Positions 34,675 through 48,174 of a DNA stretch of 64,000 bases are shown here, in pieces. The DNA is taken from contig NC_045696.1 in assembly GCF_009834535.1 (NCBI RefSeq), forward strand, positions 102,550,001 to 102,614,000, read 5' to 3'. The notes under the pieces are model-generated. The model was not told the origin of the DNA. It did no database searches and saw only the letters and a list, made by a program, of their open reading frames with translations. The translations under genes and the position numbers were made by a program. Within the stretch, counting starts at the first letter, position 1. Each line of letters opens with the position of its first letter. Source of the stretch: Camelus ferus (taxonomy: Eukaryota).

Positions 34675-37600
34675 GAGCTCAGACGGCACAGCCCACTAAT
34701 TCAACAGTTAAAGAATTAAAAGTAAAGCAACTCACCAGGTCCTTAAAGGCAAAAAAAAAAAAAAAAAAAAAAAATTAAGACAGAGCCACTGTGACCCAGC
34801 CTCTTGCTAGAGAGAGAATAATGCCTGTGCTCAGGGAGCCACTAGTATTGCGGGGCCTGCATCCACCCTACCCTGGAAGGACAGGGGCCCAGAGCCGCAG
34901 GTGGAGCAAAGGTCCAGCTTCAGGCTGCAGCTGTCACACTGCCCACCCTTCCCTGACTTGGCCAAGTACCCGGGATCCTCAATCTTAATGTGTGGGGGTG
35001 GGCAGTGGGGGGTGGAGAGGACCAGCCTGCAGATGCTGGAGGAACCTCCCACCTCATGCATGGAGCCTGAGCTCAGAGGCTGGCAAATGGGAGAAACAAC
35101 AGAAATCAGCAAGGGGATCCCCCGCTCATGACCTGAGCCTGAACTGAGAGACTGCGGACCTGGGGTCATTCTCCACGTCCATCCCAGCGTTGGGGGCAAG
35201 GCAGCCTCGGAAGCCCCCCACTTGCCACAGCCGCTGCCCTAGCTGATCAGCTGGCAAAGCCAAGCAGCCTGAGCTGGGAGTGAGGTGGTCAGGAGACACT
35301 AGAGGAGACAAGGAGGGAGGCGGCAGGAGGAGGAAGAGGGAAACAAGGAAAGCCCAGGGAGGATTCCAGAGGTGCCCCTTCTCCCACCTGCCTCTGTTCG
35401 TCTCTCTGTACCTGCAGGCCAGAAGACGAAGGATCCGGTCGGGGTCTCAGAAGGGTTCAGCCCCTCCTCTCCAGCGAGGGCCTGGCCCTGCTGCTACCCC
35501 TGGGGCCCCTCTCCCTGGGGACACAGCCAGCGGCTCCTCTCCAGTTCTGGCCTGCCCTGGTCTCTTCTCTCTCTAACCCACCCCCACAGTGGCACAGCGG
35601 GAACTCCCCAAAATCCCAATCTGCTGCTCCCTTTCCTGCAAAAACGGGACAGACCTCCACCAGCTCTTTGCACCCCGCCCATGCGATCTCCTTTTCCGCG
35701 GCCACAGTCACCTGTACTATCGCTGTGCACTTTTCTTAAAAAAAAATGGCTCACTTTCTGACTTAAATGTCTCCTCGTCCTAAGCAATAATATCCATGAC
35801 ATGGTGGGTTTGATGTGCTGTCTACAGTTTTTCCCAATATGCGTTAAAATAATTACACAGCTGAAGAATGTAAATGTCCTTTGTGTGCCACCTCAAACCA
35901 CCCCGCTGGCTGGATCTCACTGTGAAGCCCCACTGGGAACGTGTCAGAATATGGGGGTTGCCAGAAAGGGGAACTGAGTCTGAGCCCCATAAATGAAGAT
36001 GTTATTAGGGCCCTGTGAGGGTGGTTGGGGGCACAGTGGGCGGGTCTCACCAGAGAGAGGAAGACAGAAGTCCCAGTCTGGTCTGGTCTGGTGGAGAGAG
36101 AGAGGTGCCCAGGAGATGGTGCTCCAGCCCCACGAGGCACAGCCACTGGAGTGAATGACACCCAATATTTTCTGTCTCTACGTCAAATCAAAACGCGATT
36201 CAAATTCCGGGGAGGGAGTTCCCATCATCCTGCTCGGCTCCCTCGCCCGCCTCTTAGCTACGGGTTCAGGGCCAGTTATAAAAGAGATGCAGCACCACCC
36301 AAAAAAAAAAAAAAAAAAACCCAATATCTACTCTTGTTTCCTTCTTAACTGAAAACTGCCTCTGCAGAAATACTCAGGGGTAGAGTGTTTCACCAACTTT
36401 ACACTGAAGGCGGAAATCGGTTTTTGTCTTTGGGGCAGCTCTGGTTCTTTGGAGGGATTTTTATGTTTGTTTGATGTCGGAGACTTTTAGGAGGAGGGTT
36501 GAGTCACAGAGGACATTAGTAACACTATAATTGTCCAACTTTAAAAAATAAATCCAATTTAAATAAATTAAAAGACTTGAATCATCACAATCTACTGATA
36601 ACCTGGACCCAGAAGAAATTCCTTCTGGCTCATATTCTAAGAGCAGCTGCTTGTCCTCGTTTAACTAGGAAGCTCAGAGCCAAATCTGGGTCCACTGATA
36701 GGAGCTGTGCTGGTTTTTAGCCTTGTTCCATTTTTATACATCCGTACTTGTTTTTCTGCTTTCCATCAGCCCTTCCCAAACTCCACTTACTTTCTTTTAT
36801 GCTATATTGTATCCTTGAAAGGAACCTTAAATATGATACATACCAAGTTGGGGGGAGAGAATGATGAAGACGCACAATACACACACACACACAACAGGAT
36901 GTTAAGCCGGGCCTCCTTCAGTCTCAGTTTTGGCCCAAACTCCACATGGTCAAGAACAAATCAGCAGGTGTCCAGGACTCCCACATTTCACAGTTTGGTA
37001 CCAGACCCCCCACAAAAGAGTTGCAAAAGAGGGGCTCAAAAACTGCAGTCCTTAGCCCAATACCACCTTGAGGGTGCTCACGGAGGGAAGCTGAGAGATG
37101 ATGGAGAAAGCTGTTAGCGAGATGGGGAGGTTTCCCTCTCCCTCCTTCTGTGGGGAGAGGCAGGAGGAGAGGGGCTTACTAGGGGCTGGGGACAAGAGGG
37201 GAGAATAAGTGGGTTCTTGGGAGTCCTTGGGACCCCTACGCTTTGAACACACCAGTTCCCACAAACTCACAGTCTTAATATACAGAGTTGAAATCACAGA
37301 AATCAGTTCTTCACACAGCACTGGTCCCAGGGCCCCTGGATGCAAGCCTACAAGTTTTCTACCAGATAACCCATCACAGAACTAATAACTTACAATTGGA
37401 CAATAGCATTGATCTAAGCCTAGCAAAATGCCACTCCACCCAGATGCCTAGATGTCCCCTAGGGGTCCTTGGATTTTGTTTTCTTGATCTGGGAGCTTTT
37501 CAAGTTTTCCCTTGTTTGCATTTGAAGGGCACCGGTCTTCTAAGCCTAAGGATGGGCGGCTCCTTCCCGCTTCTCACAAAACACGCTGACAGAGGCCATT

Positions 37601-38854
37601 GCCCCTTGGCTGTCAGGCGAGCACAGAGTCTGAAGAGGGAAACGGTGACGGAGAAAGTGGAGGACCAGAATGGTGGTGGGCCCAGGCGGCAGCGAGAGCC
37701 CAAGATGTACGCCTTGGGAAAGCCTGCGAAGTAACCCGACCAGGTCATCAAGGCAGAAATCGAGTGGGGAGGTCCTTGCCTGACTTCTCCGTAGGCTGGG
37801 AGGGTGAACAGTCCCACTCCTTCGTGAAATGCAGTAGCTAAACGCAGGGCTCTCGTGGGGCACCGACCCTCTTCACCTAATTGGGAAGTACCTGGAGATT
37901 GGGTGTTTCTACGTCTCCTTAATGATAGGTTGTTCTGAACGTTCGATCCATGTTAACAGATGTGGTAGGAAGAATGGATTGTGCAGCTTAAAGCAAGTGG
38001 TATGAAATTTTAGCAAATCAATGCACTCTAGGTTAAGTGTTTGATTACAATTACAGAAAAACTAAGAGATTCAAATAATGAACTCCAAATAAAGTGTTCC
38101 TTCATTTTCTGAGGTTATGACTTGAGCACATTATCTTTCCTGAAAATCAAAAACACAGCAAATGAGATGCTTTTTTTCCTTCAATTGTTTAATTACTTTT
38201 GTTCACCTTTGGGATTGTGTCTGATAGCTAGAAAAATGAGAGATGAAGGCATCCCAGGGCTCCCTATTAACTCTATGCACCAAATGTTCCCAAATAAGCC
38301 TACATAATACACTGCTGACCATAAATAATTTAGTTTGAGAAATAAATATATTTAATTATAAATGTATGGTTGGGGATAAGCTCTCAGCTTCTTAAGCTTT
38401 TTCTTGTTTCCCAGAAATTTCCCAAAGATAGATGTTGACAAAGGACTTTTCAAAAAGAATTTCTTTTTAATGAGTCATCGACTCAGGAAAGAAATGGGCA
38501 AAAGATATGAAAAGACACTTCACCAGCAACCAAATCCCTTTCCCATATTTGGAAACTTCACCAACATGGGTCCATCCTGCTCAAGAAGCCAAAGAGGGCT
38601 GACACTCATGTTCCCAGATTCTGCGTGGATGGCCCAGGACTGTGACTTCAGCTCAACTAACCAGCTTTGCAGATGCTGAGCAGTCGAGAATCTAGTCTGA
38701 CGGTGGTCTATGCCTTTAGCACCTCTGTTCCCACCCATCCTCTGACCCTGGCTCACAGCCTTCCTACTGATTCCAGGAGCTGCCCAGTAACTCTTTGTCC
38801 CCTCAATCAGCACTAGTCAGTTTCTGTTGCATTCAACTAAAAACTCTGACTTAG

Positions 38855-39290
38855 TTGACAAAGATGTGGAGAAAAGGGAACCCTCATACACTGTTGATGC
38901 AAATGTAGATTGGTACAGCCACTGTGAAAACAGTATGGAGGTTTCTCAAAATATTAAAAATAGAACTATCATGTGATCCAGCAATCCCACTCTTGGTATT
39001 TATCCAAAGAATACAAAAATAATAATTTACAAAGCTACATGCACCCAGGGTTCAGCTCAGCATTATTTACAATAGTCAAGATGTGGAAACAGCCTAAGCG
39101 CGTGCCAAGGAATGAATGGGTAAAAAAGATATATATACACAATGGAATACTATTCAGCCATAAAAAGGATGGAATCTTGCCATTTGCAACCACATGGATG
39201 GACCTTGAGGCTATTACGCTAAGTGAAATAAGTCAGAAGGAGAGAGAAAATTACTGCATGATTTCACTCATATGTGGAATCTAAAAAACA
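38855..39290 (+). mobile_element. L1 ORF2 end/3'UTR fragment
   Basis: GATGTGGAGAAAAGGGAACCCTCATACACTGTTG...GATCCAGCAATCCCACT. Confidence 0.85.
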
Positions 39291-39339
39291 TGTAAAAAGA
39301 GCCTAAACTTCACACACAATGAAGCAATATCGGTGGTGA

Positions 39340-40050
39340 AAGCATATGTATATTTTTTCATTCTGATCGATTTTACAAATTGCCCTCCACAGAACTGTCC
39401 CAGTTTACATTTCTACCAATAACTCTAAGGGCTTGTTTCCCTGCACTGTCACCAACAGTGTATCAACTTCTTAAGAATCTCCGCCAATCTTACACATGAA
39501 CATTTGCTCCTTACAGTTTAAATTTGCTTTTCTTTCATTGTGTGTGAAGTTTAGGCTCTTTTTACATGTTTAAGAGTAATTTGCATTTCCCCCTTTATCT
39601 ACCATTTCTTCATTGTCTTGTCACACATTTACTGGGTTACTGGTCTTTTTCTGAAATTAACATTTTTAGGAAAACTAAATGTAGTCAGAAAATCCATCTT
39701 TTGTCAATTGTATTTCTTTTTCTTCATCTTATCTTCTCATATTTCTTTTGTTTTTATATCGTTATATATCCTTTCTTTCATAGCTTTTAAGTGTTTTATA
39801 TTATCTCTAGAAAAACCGTCTTTCTCTAAGAATTTTTTAAAAATCTTTCATTTCCTCATTTATTTATGCTTTCAGTTTTTATATTTAAATCTTAAGATTT
39901 GTTTTAGTTACCCATTTAGCTCTTCTAGCCTAATTTGCTGAATAATTCATCTGCTCATCATCCGAATATAATATGATTTCCATCAGAATATAATATGATT
40001 TTCATCATATGCTAAAATCATTTATTAATAAACGGTGTCTTTTTATGGAC
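39340..40050 (-). mobile_element. Old L1M fragment, antisense
   Basis: AAATTGCCCTCCACAGAACTGTCCCAGTTTACATTTCTACCAA; T-rich. Confidence 0.6.
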
Positions 40051-40068
40051 TCTTTAAAAAAGAAACCT

Positions 40069-40199
40069 GGGAGCGGGATAAATTAGGAGTTTGGGATTAG
40101 CAGATACACACTACTATACATACATAGATAAACAACAAGATCCTACTATATAGCACAGGGAACTATATTCAATAGCTTGTAATAACCTATAATAAAAAA

Positions 40200-40235
<36 letters not shown>

Positions 40236-40303
40236 TGAATTGCTTTCCTGTACCCCAGAAACTAATACAACATTGTAAATCAACTATACTTCAATTAAAA
40301 AAA
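40069..40303 (+). mobile_element. L1 3' end with (TA)n
   Basis: GGGATAAATTAGGAGTTTGGGATTAGCAGATAC...CAACTATACTTCAATTAAAA; TSD-like AAGAAACCTG/AAAAATCCTG. Confidence 0.85.
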
Positions 40304-43195
40304 AAAATCCTGACTCGTTCATTATTGATCCAGGAAAGCAAGAACACTGAGCTCAGACTCCAGATCTCGAATGTGCCTGTTTCCCACCTAGAACATGCAG
40401 CTACAAACGCCAGCCTGTTCCACTGAATTCCTGAGAAGAATAATTTGTCAAAATGCAAACGTCCTTTGGAATTAAGTGACATGGCCAAAACACATCCGTG
40501 TACAAGCTTTTTGGACCAGCGCATTTTACTAAACAGAGTGCAAATTTCAATACTAGAGGAGAAGAAAAAAGGCTCCAGGCAGAAACGCTGTTCCACATCT
40601 GCGTCCCAGGTCCTTCAGGCAGTAAGTGGAAATCCAGCTCATACTGCAGCCTGACTGGACTTCAGAAGTTACGGAGCCACTTAAGGAAAGGGAAGAGTTT
40701 TCTCGCAGACCCAGCAATGCCATCTAAAGCTCAGAGAAGCATCCCACTTAGCCACAAATCTACCCGTGTGTCACCGCATCTCTGTGTCTCCTTCCCCTGT
40801 TTTCTTTTTCAAGCTGCTGAGATAAATAGAGAACCACGGTCTCTTAAGAATACATCTGTTGGAGCCTTTTCTTCGCACCAGCTGTAACCTCCAATTGTAG
40901 CATCCAAGGTAGAGGCTGCGGACGTGGTAATCTAGTCATGATGTATTAGCCCAGAAGGGAAAAAGAAAAAAGAAAAAAAAAAAAAGGCAGCAAATACAAG
41001 GAAACCCCGCACATCTGAAGCCCATTCCTAGAAGAAAAGGGTACTTGCAGGGGAAAAGGAAAAAGGAAAATGAGCATTCAGAGACTATTCCTTCATTAAG
41101 ACTGTTTCAAAGCCTATAAGGTTGAGGTACCCGCAGCCTTTAGAGAATATCACACACTTCTGTTTGCAAATCCATCCAACAGCATTGAGTCCCCTCTTGC
41201 TGCAAGTGTGTTGGAGACAATGAATAAGAGCCCGTCCTGGGTCACCCACAGGGGAGGAGGGAGCCCCAGGGAGCGCAGGGCGTCAGACCAGAGGTAACAT
41301 TTCCCTGCTGGTGTCAATGACTTGGAAAGTCGATTCTATTCCACAAAGCCTTTTTTCTCAGTGATGATACTCTGAACCCATCTTCTTTTCACACCTGCAG
41401 CTTGGAGACAATTGTGTGAATCAGTCTGTCGCCAGCCCGCCCTCTGCAAGTCTCCAGCACAGGCACAGAGGTGGCATCAGCAGCTGGCCTGAGGCAAACA
41501 CAGAGACTCCTTTTAGGGGAAGGTGCTACCAAAAGATTGTCAAAGTCTGGGTGCCCGGAAGGGAAACCTGCAAACCTCCCGCTGTCTGCAGGGAACCAGG
41601 CCCTTCTCACAGGACCCAAAGGGCAGGGAGAGCATCGCCGTACTCCCGCTCTGAGGCTGAGTTTGCTCATCCTTCCACACTCCTGGAGGGAGTGCCCAGC
41701 AGACAGACAAACTCACAAGCACTTGTAGAATTAAGAGATAGGAAGACCGGCAGTGAGGAGGGTCTTGCTCTGACCTCTCCCTGCAGCTCTGAAGTCACAG
41801 TTGAACGTGATTTCCCCAGGTTAGCCTCAGGTCCATGCCAGGTGTCTGGGGTGCCCTAGCTCCCAGAATAGGGGTTACTGGGCACCCCAGGTTTGCCCTC
41901 AGCCTGCTGTGCTCCTCACCCAGGACACAGTGAAAGGCCATCACTCAGTCAGAGATGGGCACTTCTTTTGCATGCATTCAAAATGCATGCAGCCCCGCGC
42001 TTCAGCCAGTATGAGTGAAAATGGCTTCCGCTCTCCCTCTCCGCGGGTGGGGACATGGAGGGGACCATGCAGACCTGGGCTCAACCACAGGGCCCCACCT
42101 GTCCCTGTAATTTTCACTCTATACAGTACATCCTGACTCTTCAGAGAGTTTAAACCATTCGTGTTAGCATTTTTCAATATTATTCCTAGATGAGACACAA
42201 CGTTATTACCATCTCCAGCTGCCCTTTCCAATTCTAATATTCTCATATTCTGGGCATCCCAAGGGGCCTCTTTCCTGACAAAGATATTTACCTTAGATAT
42301 GTGTGACTTCCAGGAGTCTAAAATATGATCACAGAGCTATTAGCTAATACAGTTGTTTTTAGCTTCTCCAAAGCAGAAATCACGTCATTAATAAGGCTTT
42401 TAGGATATTCATCTCTGCGCAGCTAGCCTTCATCTCCCTATGTGAGGAAGACTTATTAGAGACTATATCTTAGATCCACCAGGGGACTACAGAAACGAGG
42501 TCTGCGTGGCATTTTATTAGCCCAATAGATTATGTTCATGATAGAGAGGGAAAGAACACAAGTTAACCCCCTCAGGAGACCTGTAATATTCCAAAGCTTC
42601 TCCTTCAGGGGGAAGCAGGTGGGAGACGCCCCAGCCTGGGCAAGGAAGGAGTCAGGCTCCTGTGTCTCCTCTCCTTTGGCTCACTTTTGCCCTTGAGAGA
42701 CCAAAAGGCTTATGCTGCTTTAGAAACCAGCTCTGAGAGTTCTCCTGAGGCTCCAGGATGGTCTGGACAGGAGTTCCCAGACTTGAGCCTAACGGAACCT
42801 CCTGGAGGGCTAGCTGGTTGAAGCAGAGATGGCTGGACTGCCCCCCACCACCAGAGTTTGGTCTGGGGTAGGGTCTGAAAATCTGCCTTTTTAACCAGTC
42901 CCCGGAGATGCTGTCTCTGCTGGTCTGGCGACCACACTTCAGAACCAGTGGGGTTCCAGGATGGGTCCCTGTTTTAGGACACTTTCAAGGGGCCAGTGAA
43001 TACAGGCTCTGAGGGACATCCAGCTGCTCTTCAGGTCCCTGTGGACACCCCTCCTCAGAAGTCCAGATGTTCCGTTTGACCTCAGGGCCAAGTGCCGTCC
43101 TTGCCGCAACCCCTCACCATTAGGACAACTGCTCGCTGGCTCCACCCCGTCTTCTCCCCTGCCAGGACCAGTGACAGAATTTGTGCGGCTCAGTG

Positions 43196-43337
43196 GTGGA
43201 GAGCATATAGCTCAGTGGTAGAGTGTGTGCTTAGCATGCACGAGGTCCTGTGTTCAATCTCCAGAACCTCCATCAAAATAAGTAAATAAATAAAAACCTA
43301 ATTGTATCCCCCTCCCAAATAAATAATAAATTTTTTT
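43196..43337 (+). mobile_element. tRNA-Ala-derived SINE nested in a MER45A-like element
   Basis: SINE head and tail; TSD AATTTGTGCGGCTCAGTG/AAATTGTGGGGCTCAATG. Confidence 0.85.
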
Positions 43338-43903
43338 AAATTGTGGGGCTCAATGCAAAAATGGACACATGGGCCTCTTATTCAAAAATTAAGAATTTCA
43401 GTACAGTGACAACAGAGCATTAAGCCAAGCATCCCCTTATTCCCAGGGTGGGGTCTCTGAACCCCAACATGCAGACCAGCAGGTTCTGAGTCTCTCTCTG
43501 CCCCATCGTCCCATCTCCCTCATGTCTTCAGACAAGAATTCACCCTCTCTCTGCACCACACCCCACCTCCTTGACTCCACAACTTCTGTCCCTCAAAACA
43601 GGGGTATTGATATATTTTTGGAGGGAAACTTAAATACCCATCAAAATTATAAAGTGTTTCTACACTTCGACACAGCAATTCCACTCCAAGGGATCTATTT
43701 GTCCTCCAGTGGGTAGATTCCCTGAAGTGCTCTTACAGTGCTCAAAGGATGTTCACCGACAGGGTGTTTGCAAGAAGGAAAAATGGTGGAAATAAGTGTT
43801 TATTAATGGTAGTTAAAGAATGAAGCAGGTTTGTGGGCAACGACAAGGAAGTGTGCTCAAGATGTAGTAACTACAAAAAGCAAGTTGGAAATACATGTGT
43901 ATG

Positions 43904-44710
43904 CCTCACACTGGCCAGAATGGCCATCATTAAAAAGTCCACAAATGATAAATGCTGAGAGGGTGTGGAGAAAAGGGAACCCTCCTACACTGCTGGTGGG
44001 AATGTAGTTTGGTGCAGCCATCATGGAAAATAGTAATGGAGACTCTCTAAAAAACTGAAAATAGACTTACCCTATGATCCAGCAATCCCAGTCCTGGGCA
44101 TATACCCAGAGGGAACTCTAACTCAAAAAGATACATGCACCAAATTTTCATAGCAGCACTATTTACAATAGCCAAGACATGGAAACTACCTAAATGCCCA
44201 GACAGATGACTGGATAAATAAGTTGTGGTCTATTTATACAATGGAATACTATTCGGCCGTAAAAAAGAATAAAATAATGCCATTTGCAGCAACATTAATG
44301 GATCTAAAGATTTTCATTCTAAGTGAAGTAAGCCAGAAAGAGAAAGAAAAACACCACATTATATCACTTACATGTGGAACTTAAAAAAATGACACAAATA
44401 ACTTATTTACAAAACAGAAACAGATTCACAGACATAGGAAACAAACTTATGGTTACCAAAGGTGAAAGGAGGGTGGGGGAGGGATAAATTAGAAGTTTGG
44501 GATTAGCAGATACAAACCACTGTATACAGAATAGATAAACAACAAGGTCCTACTGTATAGCACAGAGAATTATATTCAATATCTCGTAATAACCTATAAT
44601 GAAAAAGAATCTGAAAACAAACATGTATATATATAACTGAATCACTATGCTGTACACCAGAAACTAACACAACATTGTAAATCAACTATACTTCAATTTA
44701 AAAAAAAAAA
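43904..44710 (+). mobile_element. Relatively young 5'-truncated L1 nested in an older L1ME
   Basis: Well-preserved ORF2 end and 3'UTR plus poly(A); L1ME-like sequence on both sides (43600-43900, 44745-44900). Confidence 0.85.
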
Positions 44711-45747
44711 GAATGCGCGTTGAGAATTGGTGGCGGGGGGGAGAAAAGCGTGTATGTGTGTGTTAGCACATGAATAGAAAAAAATTAGAAAATCTAAACA
44801 ATACATTGTTAGCCATTACCACTAGGAATTTTTACTCTTAAACTCTAAATTTTAAAAATTACTTTGTTTATTATTTCTGAGTTAATGTAGAACTAAAAAA
44901 TACTTAAGACCCCACCAAAACTGTTTTCATCCAGAAACCTGGACCACCATGCAGACTGCTCCCTCTCCATTCCCTCTTCCTTTCAGAGTGTCCTTTGCAA
45001 GTTACATGTCCCATCCCAGCCACTCTCTGCTCCTGTTGCCATGAAGACTCTCAGGGACCTGATCAAAGAGAGACTAAGCTGAATCTGCTGCCTCTAAATG
45101 TGTTCAGTTCTCCCCAGAAATGAGCTCCTGTAAAAACCTGACAAGAACACTGAATGGCGAAGAAGCAATTATGGAATGCCTTTCAGATCTTTTGCCTTAT
45201 TTAGCTCTCACTCGGACGTGATGAGTGCATCCTTACTGTCATGTTTGGACTTTCAGTATGAGTCAGGAAGCTCACCTTTGGTCAAAGGTGTCTCCAGGTA
45301 CATCCCAAGCTGAACTTTGATCTTCGCTAGAGACCTCAGCCTCCCCACCTCCTGAGGCTCTAAACCATTCCTCTTTCTCACTCTCAATCCTGAATAACAG
45401 GCAGTCAGTTGAGATATTAGGGTGAGTAAGGCTAGCTAACGACAAACTTCCACATTTCAGTGGCTTAACACAGAGGTTTATTTTTCACTCAGCTGGGTCC
45501 AATGTGGACGTTCCTCGCTGGCAGACAGCTTTCTACTTGGCCATCCAGGGCCCCAGGTGCTGCCATCTTCTGGCCCTTCCTTCCCTTGTGTCCTCAGCAC
45601 AGAGAAAGGGAGAGAGCATGGAGGGCAGATTCGATGGGCCGGACGGACCCAGAAGGGAAGAGAAGGAACCACACTCCTTCGGTCACTTTCCAACGGCCAG
45701 AACTTGGCGTCATAACCTCACAGTGTTTTGGAGCCTGGGATGAGTCG

Positions 45748-46201
45748 TGTGGTAGACAGAATCATGGCCCCCTAAGACGTCCCCAGGGCTTTGGGTGCTA
45801 TGTTACATGCCGAGAAGGACTTTGCATGTGTGATTAAGTTAAGAATCTTGAGATGAGGAAATTGTCCTGGATTATATGGGTGGGCCCAGTGCCATCCCAG
45901 TATCTTAAGAAGAGAGAGGCAAGATGGTCAAAGTCAGAAAAGAAGACATGGAGATGAAGGCAGAGGTCAGAGCAACGTGCTTGAAGGTGGAGGACAGAGC
46001 CCCAGCCAAGGAACGCAGGTGCCTCTAGAAGCTGGAAAAGGCAAGGAAATGGAGTCTCTCCTGAGCTTCCAGAAGGAACAAAGCTCTGCCAACACCTGGG
46101 TTCTAGTCTTCTGACCTCCAGAACTGTCAGAGAACAGATCTGTGCTGTTTTAAGCCACTCAGAGTGTGGTCATTTGTTACAGTGGCAATGGAACTAATAC
46201 A
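45748..46201 (+). mobile_element. MLT1 (MLT1C/D-like) MaLR LTR nested in an older MLT1 (~45415-46260)
   Basis: TGTGGTAGACAGAATCATGGCCCCC...CTAGAAGCTGGAAAAGGCAAGGAA...TTTAAGCCAC...AACTAATACA. Confidence 0.8.
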
Positions 46202-46603
46202 CGTGGTCTAGCTCTGAGCCAAGGAGGAAAAGGCAACCGAATTTGGTAAATAGTAGCGGCCTTTTCCTCAGTGGGGAACCCCTTTCTGCTGCTGCCAAGT
46301 CTGCTCAAACTCTGGTGGCCTTTCTTCACCTGGCCCCCGGCTTTGGCTGCCCTCCGACCGACTTTACCTTATGCCAGCCTTGTGGTTCTCCATAATTACA
46401 GGTCAGATGGCGTCACTCCTTTGCTCAAAATCCCCTAGACTTGCCACAGAGGAAAGTCCAAAGTTCTCATCCCGGCATTCCAAGTCCTGTAATGTAGCAC
46501 CTATCTGCTTCCCATCCCAACCCCTCACAATGTCTTCTCTCCTGTGAGGGGGAAATGCTGGGGCGATCAGCACCCAGGAGTAGACGTTAAGAGGTGGGGT
46601 CAA

Positions 46604-46784
46604 GGGAGGGAGGTTATGACTCAGTGGTGGAGCAGGTGCTTAGCATGCACAAGGTCCTGAGTTCAGTCCCCAGTACCTCCATTATAAACAAACAAACAAA
46701 CAAACAAACAAACAAACAAACAAACAAACCTAATCACACCCACTCCCCCCAACAAAATAAAAAAGAATTAAAAAAAAAAGAGAG
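46604..46784 (+). mobile_element. tRNA-Ala-derived SINE with (CAAA)n in its tail
   Basis: SINE head, (AAAC)n at 46686-46728; TSD AGAGGTGGGGTCAA/AGAGATGAGGTCAA. Confidence 0.85.
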
Positions 46785-47198
46785 AGAGATGAGGTCAAAA
46801 AGGCCCAGTTAGATGCTGGCAGGTGGCCGGGGTTCATCCCCTTCCTCAGCCTCAGCACCACCTCTCATCAAGAGAAAGAGAAAATTGGGAAGGCTTTCCA
46901 GATGCGAGGAGTGGTCTTTCTCAAAAGATGCTTCACACACCAAAAAATACAACACAAAGGAGCCTGTTCTAAATCTAAATAATTACAAAGACAAACCCCA
47001 AAGAAATTTTCATCGACTCCCTTGGATTCCAGAATATATTGAGGCCAAATTCCTCAGCCTGCCTGGCTAAACAGTTGTCCCTGCCATCAAGTCACATTTA
47101 CCAAAGTCTTCCATGTGAAAACAGATCACAGTCCTCCCAGTGATGAGATGCCTAAGGTGTCCAACCAGAAGACTCGGAGTCTGAAAGATTCCTGCCCA

Positions 47199-47320
47199 GG
47201 GGGAGGGTATAGCTCAGTGGTAGAGTCAGTGCCTAGCAGGCACAAGGTGCTGGGTTCAATCCCCAGTACCTCCTGTTAAATAAACAAATAAACTTAATTT
47301 ACCCCCCGCCCCCGTAACAA
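47199..47320 (+). mobile_element. tRNA-Ala-derived SINE
   Basis: GGGGGAGGGTATAGCTCAGTGGTAGAG...GGTTCAATCCCCAGTACCTCC plus the same tail as the other copies. Confidence 0.85.
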
Positions 47321-47519
47321 GATCGAAGCGTCCAATGTCAACACCTCCCCCTTCTCGGCCAGGTGCTCAAATCCCCTCCCCCGCTCCTCCCTAGGTAACC
47401 CCCAGAACTCTGGGCTTTGCCTTATGCTCTGGGCCCCTTTTCCCTAAGCCCTGTTGTTTCTAAATGACAAGGCACTGCAAGTCAGTTAACCATGACATAT
47501 CACAGACTCATAGAATCTG

Positions 47520-47965
47520 AAAATACATATTAAAGTAATTTTGGAAGAAAAATTGGAAAAGTGGGATGGTAGAGAGAAATCGCCCATAAGTCTACTAACC
47601 TACTGCTATCATTTTGATATATTCCATTTTAAACATTTTTGTATGCATATTCTAACATACTGTCATAAATACAATTTTGCATCTGGCTGCATCGTCCTCC
47701 CAGGCATCATTTAATGGCCTCATAATCTTCCTTCCAGTAAATTCTCCACAATCTATCAAACTGCTCCCCTATTTTTGGAATTTCAAGCTAGGTCTAATTT
47801 TTTACAGTTTGCAAATAAAGCTTTGGTGTATGCATCTTTTTCCAGATTTTTTTTCTGTTATTTTCTCAGATTTCTAAAAGTGGGATTTCTGGGTCAAAGT
47901 GTATGGAAATATTCAGGGCATGGTCAAAAGGCATTTTAAAAAGTTGTACCAATTTAAAGTACAGT
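47520..47965 (-). mobile_element. Old L1M fragment, antisense
   Basis: TAAAAGTGGGATTTCTGGGTCAAAGTGTATG...AAAAGTTGTACCAATTT. Confidence 0.6.
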
Positions 47966-48174
47966 GACAAAGGAAAAGAATTTCAGTTATCAAAATATAT
48001 TTTTATTTCATATAAATATTTTAAAATCATTTCAAATATATTTTTGCTACTTTAACTGGCAAGAAGGAAAAAAAAATTGCATTTTGGAGTTGGAAGGACT
48101 CTCAGATCCAACCCAGATGCTCCCAAACTTGGCTGCACATCAGAATCTCCTGAGGAGTCTTTTAATAATATGAG

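Noticed and set aside
38973..39284. 103-aa ORF
   Set aside because: Translation of a frameshifted L1 ORF2 C-terminus remnant.
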